The notes under the pieces were generated by a model. The model was not told the origin of the DNA. It saw only the letters and a program-made list of their open reading frames with translations, and did not search any database. From an uncultured Nitrosopumilaceae archaeon (GTDB lineage: Archaea; Thermoproteota; Nitrososphaeria; Nitrososphaerales; Nitrosopumilaceae), in the NCBI GenBank assembly GCA_964434855.1, contig CAYSWR010000001.1:46641-74753 (forward strand): 28,113 bases of DNA, given 5' to 3'. Every line of letters starts with the position of its first letter. The stretch's first letter is position 1. Shown here in pieces: positions 8,281 through 17,282 of the stretch. Both the position numbers and the translations under genes were made by a program.

Positions 8281-10179
8281 GTGTCAGAGTTTCAAATAGA
8301 CAAAATTGGATTAAAAGTTGGATTAGAGATACACCAACAACTAGCAACTAAAAAGAAATTGTTTTGCAGTTGTTCTACAATTGAATCAGAAGAATATCCG
8401 ATAAAGTTTTTTCGCAAGTTAAGAGTGTCGAAAAGTGAACTTGGTGAATATGATCCTACTGCGATTTTTGAAAGAAGTAAGTCAAAATCAATTGTGTATT
8501 ATGCAAATCCTGAAAGCAGTTGTCTTGTAGAACAGGATGAAGAGCCTCCTCATGAAATCAACAAGGGTGCAAAAGATATTGTATTGACAATTGCATCTGC
8601 CTTAAAATCAACTATTTTTAATGAGATTCATGTAATGAGAAAACTTGTCATAGATGGATCTAATACATCAGGATTTCAACGAACCATGCTTGTTTCACAA
8701 GGTGGTTACCTCGAGGTAGATGGAAAAAAAATCGGAGTTCAAAGTGTAAGTCTAGAAGAAGATGCTGCAAAGATTCTTGGAGAAACCGTAGATACAAGAG
8801 AATATGCATTGGATAGATTAGGCATTCCACTAGTAGAGATTGCATTAGAACCTATTTCTGGAAAACCAGATGAAATTAAAAAAATAGCACTTACACTAGG
8901 AAGACTTTTGCGTGCTACAAAAAAAGTAGAACGTGGTTTGGGAACAATAAGACAAGATGTCAATGTTTCTATTGAGGGAGGCAATGTGATTGAGATAAAG
9001 GGAGTTCAAAAGCTTGATCAGCTTGAAAAAATCATAGAGTATGAAGCAAAAAGACAGCATGGTTTGAGTATAATAGCTTCCAAATTAAAGAATATGACAA
9101 TAGATAGAATAGCTAAAGAAAGAGATGTAAAAAATGTTACAGATATTTTCAGAAACTGTAAGTCAAAAGTGATACAAAAAGCATTGAAAGAAGGAGCTGT
9201 TGTGAAAGCAATCAGAATAAAAAAATTTTCAGGCATGTTTGGTTTTGAACCATATCAAGATATACGATTAGGAAAACAAATTGGCGAACTTGTTAGGTTT
9301 TTTGGATTAGGAGGCGTATTTCATTCTGATGAACTTCCAAATTATGGAATAGAAGAAACTGAGATTAAGGAGATTAGAAAAACATTAGAGCTTGAACAAA
9401 AAGACGCGTTTTTAATTTTAGCTGGTGAAATGAAAAAAGTAGAACCAGCAATTGAATCCATTATTAAAAGGATAGAAGACGCAAAGGTCGGCGTTCCTGC
9501 AGAAACAAGAATGGCTACCGCAGAAGGTGAAACAGTATACCTTAGACCTAGACCTGGAGCATCAAGGATGTATCCAGAGACAGATGTTCCTCCAATTATC
9601 ATAACTAAAGCAGAGTTAATAGATGCACAAAAAATGATACCAAAAACATGGGAAGAAACAATATCAGGTTTAGAGAAGACGTATAATTTAAACAAACAAC
9701 TGGCAGTACAAGTATTTGATTCTAATTATTCTGATTTGTTTGAGACTATTTGTAAAGATAAAAGATTATCACCAAACTTTGTTGCATCAGTTCTTTGTAG
9801 TACTATAACAAACCTAGAAAGACAGGGATTAGAGGTTAAATTATTAAAATCTAGTGAGATTTTGCAGGCATTTAAGCTTCTTGCAGATGAAGAAATTGCT
9901 AAAGAATCAATAGAGATAATTTTTTCAAATATAATGTCTGGAAAAACACACTCCGTTGAACAAGCCATCAAAAATGTCTCCATTAGTAAGATAGAACCTA
10001 CAGAACTAGAAAGGGTACTAGATGATCTTATAAAAGCAAATATGAATATTATTCATGAACAACGAGAAAGATCGATTGGTCCGTTGATGGGCATTGCAAT
10101 GAAAACTATGCGTGGAAAAGTAGACGGTCAAAAAATAAATCAAATTTTAGAGAAAAAGATCAAAGAAAAACTGAATTAA
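8281..10179 (+). CDS. gatE: Glutamyl-tRNA(Gln) amidotransferase subunit E
   Basis: GLKVGLEIHQQL, the GatB/E core and a C-terminal YqeY-like tail are present, and the length (632 aa) is typical of GatE. GTG start. Confidence 0.9.
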   Translation: MSEFQIDKIGLKVGLEIHQQLATKKKLFCSCSTIESEEYPIKFFRKLRVSKSELGEYDPTAIFERSKSKSIVYYANPESSCLVEQDEEPPHEINKGAKDIVLTIASALKSTIFNEIHVMRKLVIDGSNTSGFQRTMLVSQGGYLEVDGKKIGVQSVSLEEDAAKILGETVDTREYALDRLGIPLVEIALEPISGKPDEIKKIALTLGRLLRATKKVERGLGTIRQDVNVSIEGGNVIEIKGVQKLDQLEKIIEYEAKRQHGLSIIASKLKNMTIDRIAKERDVKNVTDIFRNCKSKVIQKALKEGAVVKAIRIKKFSGMFGFEPYQDIRLGKQIGELVRFFGLGGVFHSDELPNYGIEETEIKEIRKTLELEQKDAFLILAGEMKKVEPAIESIIKRIEDAKVGVPAETRMATAEGETVYLRPRPGASRMYPETDVPPIIITKAELIDAQKMIPKTWEETISGLEKTYNLNKQLAVQVFDSNYSDLFETICKDKRLSPNFVASVLCSTITNLERQGLEVKLLKSSEILQAFKLLADEEIAKESIEIIFSNIMSGKTHSVEQAIKNVSISKIEPTELERVLDDLIKANMNIIHEQRERSIGPLMGIAMKTMRGKVDGQKINQILEKKIKEKLN

Positions 10180-10190
10180 AAAAGAACTAA

Positions 10191-10196
10191 TTTTTT
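10191..10196 (+). terminator. Oligo-T tract downstream of gatE (archaeal-type terminator candidate)
   Basis: A T6 run begins 12 nt after the gatE stop codon. The call is weak in an AT-rich genome. Confidence 0.3.
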
Positions 10197-10286
10197 AGAA
10201 TTTCCTTTAAAAAATAATGTCGCTTGTCAAAGTCATGAACACGCTTTGTATCACATGATTTTCTTTTTGACTTTTCAAGCTAACAG

Positions 10287-10544
10287 TTATTCGATTTTAC
10301 GTTTTCCTGTGCCTCTACCAGTAGAAATAGTATATCCTTTAGTGGAAGGTTTTTCTGGTGCTTTTGGATATTCTCCTGCTTTTACACTTCCCGTTCCACG
10401 TCCCATAGTTATCTTAGTGTCTTTTCCTAGTCCTTCCATTCTCTTTTTCTGAAACTCACGATAGGATTCTCCTGACCAGTTCTGAGGCTTATCTTCTTCT
10501 TCGCGAATCGAAGTACCTCTTCCACTTGATTTTTTGATTTTCAC
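10287..10544 (-). CDS. Small basic hypothetical protein with three GRGT(G/S) repeats (85 aa)
   Basis: This is a GTG-initiated ORF. SSGRGTS, TMGRGTGS and STGRGTGK recur, and the K/G/E/R-rich low-complexity composition resembles real genes here. The mirror +strand ORF (10246-10452) is P/F/L-rich and looks like a shadow. Confidence 0.5.
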   Translation of the reverse strand: MKIKKSSGRGTSIREEEDKPQNWSGESYREFQKKRMEGLGKDTKITMGRGTGSVKAGEYPKAPEKPSTKGYTISTGRGTGKRKIE

Positions 10545-10609
10545 ATGAATTCTACTAATTACTATGGTTTAAGGTTTACCTAGATTATTCGCAAATTTAT
10601 TTACAAATA

Positions 10610-10694
10610 TGCGGGAGGTGGGATTTGAACCCACGAACTCCTAAGAGATAAGGTTCTGAGCCTTACGCCGTTGACCAGGCTAGGCGACCCCCGC
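10610..10694 (-). tRNA. tRNA-Leu (anticodon CAG), class II with long variable arm
   Basis: The reverse complement folds as GCGGGGG-UC-GCC-UAGCCUGGUCAAC-GGC-G-UAAGG-CUCAGAA-CCUUA-UCUCUUAGGAGUUC-GUGGG-UUCAAAU-CCCAC-CUCCCGC-A. CCA is not encoded. Confidence 0.95.
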
Positions 10695-10704
10695 AACGAA
10701 AAAA

Positions 10705-11271
10705 TTAGGTTTCCTGAATAAGTGTCTTTATTATAGGAATTGCGTCTTTTAATTGAAAAATTCTTTTTGCTCTTGGATCATTAAAGCCTAGATTCCATGG
10801 TTGAGTGTAAAGTATTACAGATTTTCCTGCATCAAGCATACTTTTGGCGTTTATTGGAGAGTCATCAATAAAAATATCATAGTCAAGTTTTGTTTTTTCT
10901 AGACCTTCCAATACTCCTACATAGTTTTTGTATGTAATCTTTTGATATGAAAGCCAGCTTTTAACATAAGTATGTGTAGATTCTTCTCTTGCTGTAACAA
11001 TATCTACTTCACCAATATTTGAAAGAGCGGATATTGTTGTAGAAAGATTCACTTCTGTGGATGGTATTTTGTACCATGTTTGCCAGCATAAAGAAAGTTC
11101 TTTGTAAAAATCATACTTGTCTATTTGATATCTTTCCCAAAAATCCCATTCAGAAATTTCTTCTTTTGATATGGTTCTTCTTATTTTATTATTATAATCA
11201 AGCCAAGTATGAATGACATCTGCCAAAACACCGTCAACATCAAGACCTATCTTCAATTTTTCAGTGGTCAA
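10705..11271 (-). CDS. HAD-superfamily hydrolase, 5'(3')-deoxyribonucleotidase (NT5C)-like
   Basis: The N-terminal motif is [10 protein letters not shown] (DxDGV) and a late IDD motif is present. The size and pattern fit the NT5C family. The TTG start overlaps the dnaJ stop (TTGA). Confidence 0.65.
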   Translation of the reverse strand: MTTEKLKIGLDVDGVLADVIHTWLDYNNKIRRTISKEEISEWDFWERYQIDKYDFYKELSLCWQTWYKIPSTEVNLSTTISALSNIGEVDIVTAREESTHTYVKSWLSYQKITYKNYVGVLEGLEKTKLDYDIFIDDSPINAKSMLDAGKSVILYTQPWNLGFNDPRAKRIFQLKDAIPIIKTLIQET

Positions 11272-12368
11272 TTTTTATCAAAAGTATCCCGAAGTTCTTC
11301 CAAAATCTTTTTCTGATGTTTATCAAGTTTGGTTGGAATGTTTATGACAAGTCTTACATACTGATCTCCACGTCCTCTACCACCAGCGTTTGGAACTCCT
11401 TTTCCTTTCAATTTTATAATTGAATTTGGTTGTGTACCTTGTTCCACGGTTATTTTTTCTGTTCCTTCCAAAATAGGTATAACAATTGTTTTCCCAAGTG
11501 CTGCATCAATCATAGAGATATTTGCATCATAGAATATGTCTGGTCCATCTTTTTTGAATTTGTCATGTGGTTTTACATGTATTCTAACTATGAGATCTCC
11601 ACTAGGCCCGTCATCTATTGATTCGCCTTCTTCTCTTATCGTGTATTCGCCATTATCAACACCAGGCGGAATATCAAATGAAAGATGTTTCTTACCTTTT
11701 ACTTTGCCTCTACCTTTACATTGATTACACGGTCTTTCAATTATTTTGCCTTGTCCTCTGCATGTGTTACATGGATGAACAGTTACAAAAGTTGAAAATC
11801 CCATATTTCGTGTAGTTCTTACTTGACCCTGTCCATGACAAACTGAGCATGTTCGTTTCGATGTTCCGGGGGCAGCCCCTGAACCTTGACAGTTTTCACA
11901 TTCCACATCCTTTTGAATATCAATTTCTTCGTGTTTTCCTTTTAAAACATCTTCAAGTGTTATTGTAGTGTCATACACAAGATCTGCTCCCCGTTCTCTT
12001 CCAAATCCTCCAAAGCCTCCAGATCCACCTTTACCAAAAAGGGATTCAAAAATTGATTCAAATCCTCCACCACCAAAGCCTCCAAAAATATCTTCAAAGT
12101 TTACGCGAGCCCCACGGAAAATATCTTCGCTACTATATCTTCCGTCAACACCAGCATGACCATGAGTATCGTAGATCTTTCGTTTTTCAGCGTCAGATAA
12201 AATTGCATATGCCTCTGAAATTTCCTTAAAATGTTCTCCAGCATCATGAGACTTGTTTCGATCAGGATGAAATTTTAATGCTAATTTTCTATACTGTGCC
12301 TTTATCTCATCTTGAGAAGCATTCTTTTGTACCCCTAAAACTTCATAATAATCTCGCTTGGTACTCAT
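11268..12368 (-). CDS. dnaJ: Chaperone DnaJ (type I: J-domain, G/F region, four CxxCxGxG zinc-finger repeats)
   Basis: DYYEVLGV...KFHPDRN (HPD), a GGFGGGGF region, and [24 protein letters not shown] and CNQCKGRG repeats. Confidence 0.95.
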   Translation of the reverse strand: MSTKRDYYEVLGVQKNASQDEIKAQYRKLALKFHPDRNKSHDAGEHFKEISEAYAILSDAEKRKIYDTHGHAGVDGRYSSEDIFRGARVNFEDIFGGFGGGGFESIFESLFGKGGSGGFGGFGRERGADLVYDTTITLEDVLKGKHEEIDIQKDVECENCQGSGAAPGTSKRTCSVCHGQGQVRTTRNMGFSTFVTVHPCNTCRGQGKIIERPCNQCKGRGKVKGKKHLSFDIPPGVDNGEYTIREEGESIDDGPSGDLIVRIHVKPHDKFKKDGPDIFYDANISMIDAALGKTIVIPILEGTEKITVEQGTQPNSIIKLKGKGVPNAGGRGRGDQYVRLVINIPTKLDKHQKKILEELRDTFDKN

Positions 12369-12410
12369 ATAAGCAAATTTTGATTAATCTCAAGTATAAA
12401 TCATCAATTA

Positions 12411-14252
12411 TTAAGCGCCAGTAGCGTTTTTACCTGCGCTTTCATCCTCAGTTCCTCCTTGAGGTCCTGGTCCAGATGGACCCGGTCCTGGTGGTGGACT
12501 AGCTTTTTTGTAAAGTTCTGTACTTATTTCGTTAACTATTGTTTTTAATGTATCAAGTTTTGGTTTAATTTCTGCAGAACCCTTGTCAAGTACATCTTTT
12601 AGTTCTCTTATTGCATTTGTAACTTTGATTCCTTGTTCTTGTGTAACTTTGTCTTTGAGATCTTGGTTGATTAATTTTTCAGTAGCATAAATAAAGTTCT
12701 CGGCTTCATTTTTGATTTCAATTTCTTCCTTTTTCTTCTTGTCTTGATCTGCGTAAACTTCAGCATCTTTTTTGAGTTTTTCAATTTCTTCCTTTGAAAG
12801 TTTTGTGCTTGCAGTAATTGTTATCGTTGCTTCTTTTTGAGTACCAAGATCTTTTGCTGTAACATTAAGTATTCCGTTTGCATCAAGATCAAACTTTACT
12901 TCAATTTGCGGAATGCCTCTTGGGGCAGGAGGAATTCCGGAAAGATTAAAGCTTCCAAGCGAAACATTGTCAGTAGCCATTGGCCTTTCACCTTGCACAA
13001 TGTGTACTGTTACGGCAGTTTGATTGTCTGCAGCAGTAGTAAAGACCTTGCTTTTGGATGTAGGAATAGTAGTATTTCTTTCAATTAATGGTTCACGTAA
13101 TCCACCAAGCACTTCTACTCCAAGAGTAAGTGGAGTAACATCAAGGAGTACAATGTCACTTGTAACATCTCCTGCAATAATACCTGCCTGTATTCCAGCA
13201 CCTAATGCTACTGCTTCCATAGGATCAACTCCAGACTCAGGTTCCTTGCCTAAAACAGAAGCAACAAACTTTTTTACTAATGGAATTCGTGTTGGTCCTC
13301 CCACAAGAACAATTTTAGTAATGTCGGAAGGTGAAAGTTTTGCATCTTCCAAAGCTTTTGTCATTGATGGCCTACATCTTTCTACAATTGGATTTATGAG
13401 ATCTTCAAGCTTTGAACGGGTAAGTTTCATTTCTAGATTCTTTGGACCGGCGGTTTGATCATATGATACAAATGGTAAATTGATATCAGTCTCCATTACG
13501 GAAGAAAGTTCAATCTTTGCTCTTTCTGCAGCTTCCCTTACTCTAACCATCGCTACATTATCCTTTGAGAGATCGATTCCAGTGTTTTTTCTAAAAGCTT
13601 CAATGATGTAATCTATTATGATCTTATCCATATCAGTGCCTCCAAGTTGTGTATCACCAGAGGTACTCATCACTTCAAAAACGCCACCACCCATTTCCAT
13701 TATGGTCACATCGAGTGTTCCACCACCCAAATCAAACACCAAAATTTTCATGTCTTGCTTTGCCTTGTCTAAACCAAATGCAAGTGATGCGGCTGTTGGC
13801 TCGTTGATAATTCTAACAACTTCTAGTCCGGCTATCTGACCAGCATCCTTCGTTGCTTGTCTTTGATTATCGTCAAAATATGCGGGCACTGTGATTACTA
13901 CTTTTTCAATTTTTTCGCCAACAAATGCCTCTGCATCTCTTTTTATTTTCTGTAAAATAAATGCAGAGATTTGTTGTGGTTTGTATTCCTTGTCATTTAT
14001 TTTGAAAACATAGTCACTTCCCATCTTTCGTTTTGCAGCTACAATTGTGCCTTCTGGATTTGTAACGGCCTGCCTTCTTGCAGGTTCTCCTACAAGAAGC
14101 TGCCCATCTTTTGTAAAGGCAACAACAGATGGAAACGCTTTACCACCTACGGTTGTTCCTTCAGCTGCTGGAATGAGCGTTGGTTTACCACCCATCATTA
14201 CTGCAGCAGCAGAATTACTTGTTCCTAAATCTATTCCAATAATTTTAGCCAT
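12411..14252 (-). CDS. dnaK: Chaperone DnaK (Hsp70)
   Basis: [23 protein letters not shown] and [10 protein letters not shown] are present. I prefer the ATG at 14252 (classic N-terminus) over the GTG at 14261. The start overlaps the grpE stop. Confidence 0.95.
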   Translation of the reverse strand: MAKIIGIDLGTSNSAAAVMMGGKPTLIPAAEGTTVGGKAFPSVVAFTKDGQLLVGEPARRQAVTNPEGTIVAAKRKMGSDYVFKINDKEYKPQQISAFILQKIKRDAEAFVGEKIEKVVITVPAYFDDNQRQATKDAGQIAGLEVVRIINEPTAASLAFGLDKAKQDMKILVFDLGGGTLDVTIMEMGGGVFEVMSTSGDTQLGGTDMDKIIIDYIIEAFRKNTGIDLSKDNVAMVRVREAAERAKIELSSVMETDINLPFVSYDQTAGPKNLEMKLTRSKLEDLINPIVERCRPSMTKALEDAKLSPSDITKIVLVGGPTRIPLVKKFVASVLGKEPESGVDPMEAVALGAGIQAGIIAGDVTSDIVLLDVTPLTLGVEVLGGLREPLIERNTTIPTSKSKVFTTAADNQTAVTVHIVQGERPMATDNVSLGSFNLSGIPPAPRGIPQIEVKFDLDANGILNVTAKDLGTQKEATITITASTKLSKEEIEKLKKDAEVYADQDKKKKEEIEIKNEAENFIYATEKLINQDLKDKVTQEQGIKVTNAIRELKDVLDKGSAEIKPKLDTLKTIVNEISTELYKKASPPPGPGPSGPGPQGGTEDESAGKNATGA

Positions 14253-14808
14253 TATTTTCACCTTCTAATTTATCGTTTGAAGTTTTTGATATTTCTACTA
14301 AACTTGGTCTAATTACTCTGTTTTGTAAAATATATCCTTTACGAATCTCTTTGGTAATTGTATCGTTGTCTAAAGATGAATCTTTCTTTATAGCTATAGC
14401 TTCATGTAATTTTGGATCAAAAATTTCACCGATTATATCTATTGGAGTTACACCGTATTCTGATAGAAAAGAATTCATATTTTTTAAAATTCCATCAAGT
14501 CCATCTGTATTAACATGTTGTTTTCCAAGTGCGTCTTTTGCACGCACAAAATCATCATAAATTGACAAAAACTTGAGCATAATTTCTGCCAACATTGAGT
14601 TTACACAAGTTTGAACGTCAGATTCTGTTCTCTTTTTTAGATTTTCAAAATCTGCAAAGAGATATTGCAGTTTTTTTTCACATGATGCGACTGTTTCTTT
14701 TTCTTTTTCAAGCATGGATTTTAAATCATCAACGCTTGGCTCTTTCACGTCTTCATCTGTACTAGTTTCCACTTGTACTGCTGTTTCTGTATTTTGCTCT
14801 TCAGACAA
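14245..14808 (-). CDS. grpE: Nucleotide exchange factor GrpE
   Basis: An acidic N-terminus is followed by a coiled-coil with [14 protein letters not shown] and C-terminal FDPKLHEA, and the gene is first in the grpE-dnaK-dnaJ order. TTG start. Confidence 0.9.
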   Translation of the reverse strand: MSEEQNTETAVQVETSTDEDVKEPSVDDLKSMLEKEKETVASCEKKLQYLFADFENLKKRTESDVQTCVNSMLAEIMLKFLSIYDDFVRAKDALGKQHVNTDGLDGILKNMNSFLSEYGVTPIDIIGEIFDPKLHEAIAIKKDSSLDNDTITKEIRKGYILQNRVIRPSLVEISKTSNDKLEGENNG

Positions 14809-14844
14809 ACAAGATGACTGATAACTTGTCTAATTTTACTCTTA

Positions 14845-15981
14845 TTACAGAATTTCACAAAGCGGGTTTGTTTTTATGGTTATTAGATCCGTGCCCTTAC
14901 CAGTCTTACTAATTTTTTCATAATCTGATTTTGAACAGGCTACAACTATAGTGGTTTTATCGCTGTGAAAGAGATCAAAAGTCGGGCTTTGGTGTATTTC
15001 AACATCACCAATGTAATCACGCAATTTTATTACAAGAGAGTTTAACATGTCTACTTTGTCACCACGCATTTCGTAAGCATCTTGTGACCAGACTAGAGCA
15101 ACTCTTATTCTACTTGCTTTTAGTTCATTTTTTTTCAAAGTAGAACGAATTTCATCTATTAATCGTTTTACATATCCTTCAATTCCTTTAATGCTCCCAT
15201 TAACTAGATACATCATAGCACCTGCTCCTTCAAGCGATGCTCCCAATGATCGTAAATCGTACAAGCCACTAGTTATGTCATCCAAGAAGAGGTTTTTGAA
15301 TTCAGCAAACATGAGATCATTTCTTGTGTTATTGTCTTGTGCAAACTTGCAGACTTCAAGTATACTAGAAAAACCAGAAAATTGTGAGAGTATCTTTATT
15401 GCATGAAAAAGTTCAGCCGACGATATAGTTACAAAGTTTTTTTCTTTTTTATCAGTTTCAAGTAGTTTGGCAAGTTTATCATCTGCCTTACCATTAAAAG
15501 ATCCTATAATTTCTGGTGTCTGATTTTTAGTTCCAAGTGGATAATAGAAATATGAAATACCCTTTCCTACTTCAAGACCGGTTACATGCTCCAAGAGAGA
15601 TATGGTTTCATTGTTCCCACCAATTCCTGTTGGAAGGTTGTAAATAACGGATCCGCCTTTCTTTAATGCACTAGTAGCATCCTTGAATTTTGAATGAATT
15701 TCCATCTTTGTTTCCTGCCCAGTTTTTCGTATCCTTGGAGCAAAGAAGAGATATTCTGAATGCGATATTGCAATGTCTATTGGTTCTACCCCAAGTAGGG
15801 GTTCATCCTCTTTTAGAGATGCAACATTTGGATATGTCTTGGCAATTTCTGATTTGAGAGATATTGCCATATGAGCAGATTCATCTACAATAAAGACATC
15901 TGCGCCTTTAATTGCCATTTGACATGCAATGGAATAACCCTCAGTGCTAAGACCATAAACAACAACTTTTGTCCCTTCCAA
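14845..15981 (-). CDS. Hypothetical protein; three-domain layout reminiscent of UDP-glucose/GDP-mannose dehydrogenase family but with degenerate motifs
   Basis: The N-terminal beta-alpha-beta segment (KVVVYGLSTEGYSIACQMAIKGADVFIVDES) resembles a Rossmann fold, but GxGxxG is degraded to GLSTEG. A central helical SAELFHAIKIL segment and a C-terminal alpha/beta part follow. I could not find the catalytic Cys motif. TTG start. Confidence 0.35.
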   Translation of the reverse strand: MEGTKVVVYGLSTEGYSIACQMAIKGADVFIVDESAHMAISLKSEIAKTYPNVASLKEDEPLLGVEPIDIAISHSEYLFFAPRIRKTGQETKMEIHSKFKDATSALKKGGSVIYNLPTGIGGNNETISLLEHVTGLEVGKGISYFYYPLGTKNQTPEIIGSFNGKADDKLAKLLETDKKEKNFVTISSAELFHAIKILSQFSGFSSILEVCKFAQDNNTRNDLMFAEFKNLFLDDITSGLYDLRSLGASLEGAGAMMYLVNGSIKGIEGYVKRLIDEIRSTLKKNELKASRIRVALVWSQDAYEMRGDKVDMLNSLVIKLRDYIGDVEIHQSPTFDLFHSDKTTIVVACSKSDYEKISKTGKGTDLITIKTNPLCEIL

Positions 15982-16046
15982 ATCATTGCAGCTAGGCAGA
16001 AAGGCTAAGAAAAACTTTTTCCACCGTAGAATTCTATCAAAAATGT

Positions 16047-17078
16047 TTGAAAATCTGGTTTGATGTACTTACTCCAAAACAGCTTTTGTTTTTTGAGCCT
16101 ATGATCAGAAAGTTACAAAAAAACAACAAGCTGTTTTGTACTTCAAGAAATTATCGCGAAGTAGTAGAACTTGCTAAAATTAGAGGCATAAATCTTGTAT
16201 TTGTTGGAAAACATGGTGGATCCGACAAAATTGGCAAATTAAATGCAAGTCTTACACGAATGCATCGTTTATTATCAATAGTGAAAAAATTCAATCCTGA
16301 ATTAACAGTTAGTTTTTGCTCTCCAGAGGCATCAAGAATTTCGTATGGGCTTGGTGTGAAGCATATTGCCTTTTGTGATTCTCCTCATGCGGAAGCCGTA
16401 ATGAGATTATCTTTACCGATTATACAAAGGCTTTTGATACCATGGATTATCCCAAAAAAAGAATTTACAAAATATGGTATTTCTGAAGAAAAAATATCAC
16501 AATACAAAGCAATTGATGCGTCTGTAATAGTAAAAGAAAGATCAAAAAATGATTTGAAGTATAATTTTCTTTTAAAGAAAAAAAAGACTATACTAATACG
16601 ACCTGAAGAATCAGAAGCTGCTTATGTTTCTGATAATGAAAATAGAATTACTAAAATTATACGAGAGATCATTAAAGAATTTCCAAATTACAATGTCATC
16701 ATTTTAGGTAGATACCTACCACAAATAAGCCAACTTAAACGCGAGTTTGGGAGTAAAGTGATAGTAATGGACAAAGTTGTAGATGGTAAAAGTTTACTTA
16801 AATTTGTAGATGTGTTTATTGGATCTGGTGGCACCATGACTGCAGAAGCTGCCTTAATGGGTGTACCAACTATATCATATAATGCAGTACCAAATTACAT
16901 TGAACAATATCTTGTAAAAAAGGGTTTAGTAAAAAGAGAAGAAAATCCACAGAAAATAGTTTTTTTTGCAAAAAAGATTTTGAAGTCAAATAATAGAAAA
17001 ACTAGAAACAAGGCAAAAAAAATATTAAGTTCAATGGAAGATCCTTTTTCAAAGCTTATTACTCATATCAAAACTTAG
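16047..17078 (+). CDS. DUF354-like protein (GT-B / UDP-GlcNAc 2-epimerase-like fold family, function unknown)
   Basis: The N-terminal MKIWFDVLTPKQLLFFEPMI...VGKHGG, CDSPHAE and C-terminal GSGGTMTAEAALMGVPTISY follow my recollection of the DUF354 family pattern. TTG start. Confidence 0.6.
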   Translation: MKIWFDVLTPKQLLFFEPMIRKLQKNNKLFCTSRNYREVVELAKIRGINLVFVGKHGGSDKIGKLNASLTRMHRLLSIVKKFNPELTVSFCSPEASRISYGLGVKHIAFCDSPHAEAVMRLSLPIIQRLLIPWIIPKKEFTKYGISEEKISQYKAIDASVIVKERSKNDLKYNFLLKKKKTILIRPEESEAAYVSDNENRITKIIREIIKEFPNYNVIILGRYLPQISQLKREFGSKVIVMDKVVDGKSLLKFVDVFIGSGGTMTAEAALMGVPTISYNAVPNYIEQYLVKKGLVKREENPQKIVFFAKKILKSNNRKTRNKAKKILSSMEDPFSKLITHIKT

Positions 17079-17143
17079 TCTATAACATAATCCAAAATAT
17101 TAAAAATTAACTTAATTGGATCTGAAATGCTTACTGAATAACA

Positions 17144-17149
17144 TTATAA
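17144..17149 (+). promoter_or_regulatory. TATA-like box upstream of tRNA-Gln
   Basis: TTATAA lies 30-35 nt upstream of the mature tRNA 5' end, which is compatible with a short leader. This is weak evidence. Confidence 0.3.
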
Positions 17150-17178
17150 GGGAACAAATCAACATTCAACGCCCGGGA

Positions 17179-17268
17179 AGCCCGGTAGAGGAGAAATCCA
17201 CCGAGTGTAGCGGTCAAGCATAGGGGCCTTTGGAGCCCTTGACCCCAGTTCGAATCTGGGCCGGGCTA
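17179..17268 (+). tRNA. tRNA-Gln (anticodon UUG) containing a 17-nt non-canonical intron near positions 9-11
   Basis: After removing 17 nt, the sequence folds as AGCCCGG-UA-GUGU-AGCGGUCAA-GCAU-A-GGGGC-CUUUGGA-GCCCU-UGAC-CCCAG-UUCGAAU-CUGGG-CCGGGCU-A (73 nt). It has an A1:U72 pair as in archaeal tRNA-Gln, and CCA is not encoded. Confidence 0.85.
17189..17205 (+). other. tRNA intron (17 nt) with relaxed bulge-helix-bulge fold
   Basis: CGGU (17183-17186) pairs with ACCG (17200-17203). The helix is flanked by 3-nt bulges AGA (17187-17189) and AGU (17204-17206). An inner hairpin GGA-GAAA-UCC spans 17190-17199. The junction is ambiguous by up to 2 nt because of repeated A/G, but the mature sequence is the same. 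Confidence 0.65.
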
Positions 17269-17269
17269 C

Positions 17270-17275
17270 TTTTTT
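17270..17275 (+). terminator. Oligo-T tract immediately after tRNA-Gln
   Basis: A T6 run starts 2 nt after the discriminator base. Confidence 0.4.
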
Positions 17276-17282
17276 ATAAAAA

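Noticed and set aside
10246-10452. 68-aa plus-strand ORF opposite the GRGTG-repeat ORF
   Set aside because: Its P/F/L/V-rich composition looks like the mirror of G/K/E/R codons. The minus-strand frame is longer and compositionally more gene-like. I cannot strictly exclude it without conservation data.
13024-13458. 144-aa plus-strand ORF, together with other 60-85-aa ORFs between 12837 and 14268
   Set aside because: They are antisense shadows inside dnaK, with S/P/T-rich composition and no motifs.
17079-17178. Possible C/D-box sRNA (two CTGA elements) in the 100-nt gap before tRNA-Gln
   Set aside because: There is no RUGAUGA C-box or terminal stem, so the region is more simply the tRNA promoter and leader.
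17171-17185. Tandem GCCCGG..GCCCGG just upstream of and at the tRNA-Gln 5' end, considered as a possible att-site or integration scar
   Set aside because: The duplication is only 6-7 nt, no integrase or foreign-looking genes flank either tRNA, and it is better explained as leader sequence.
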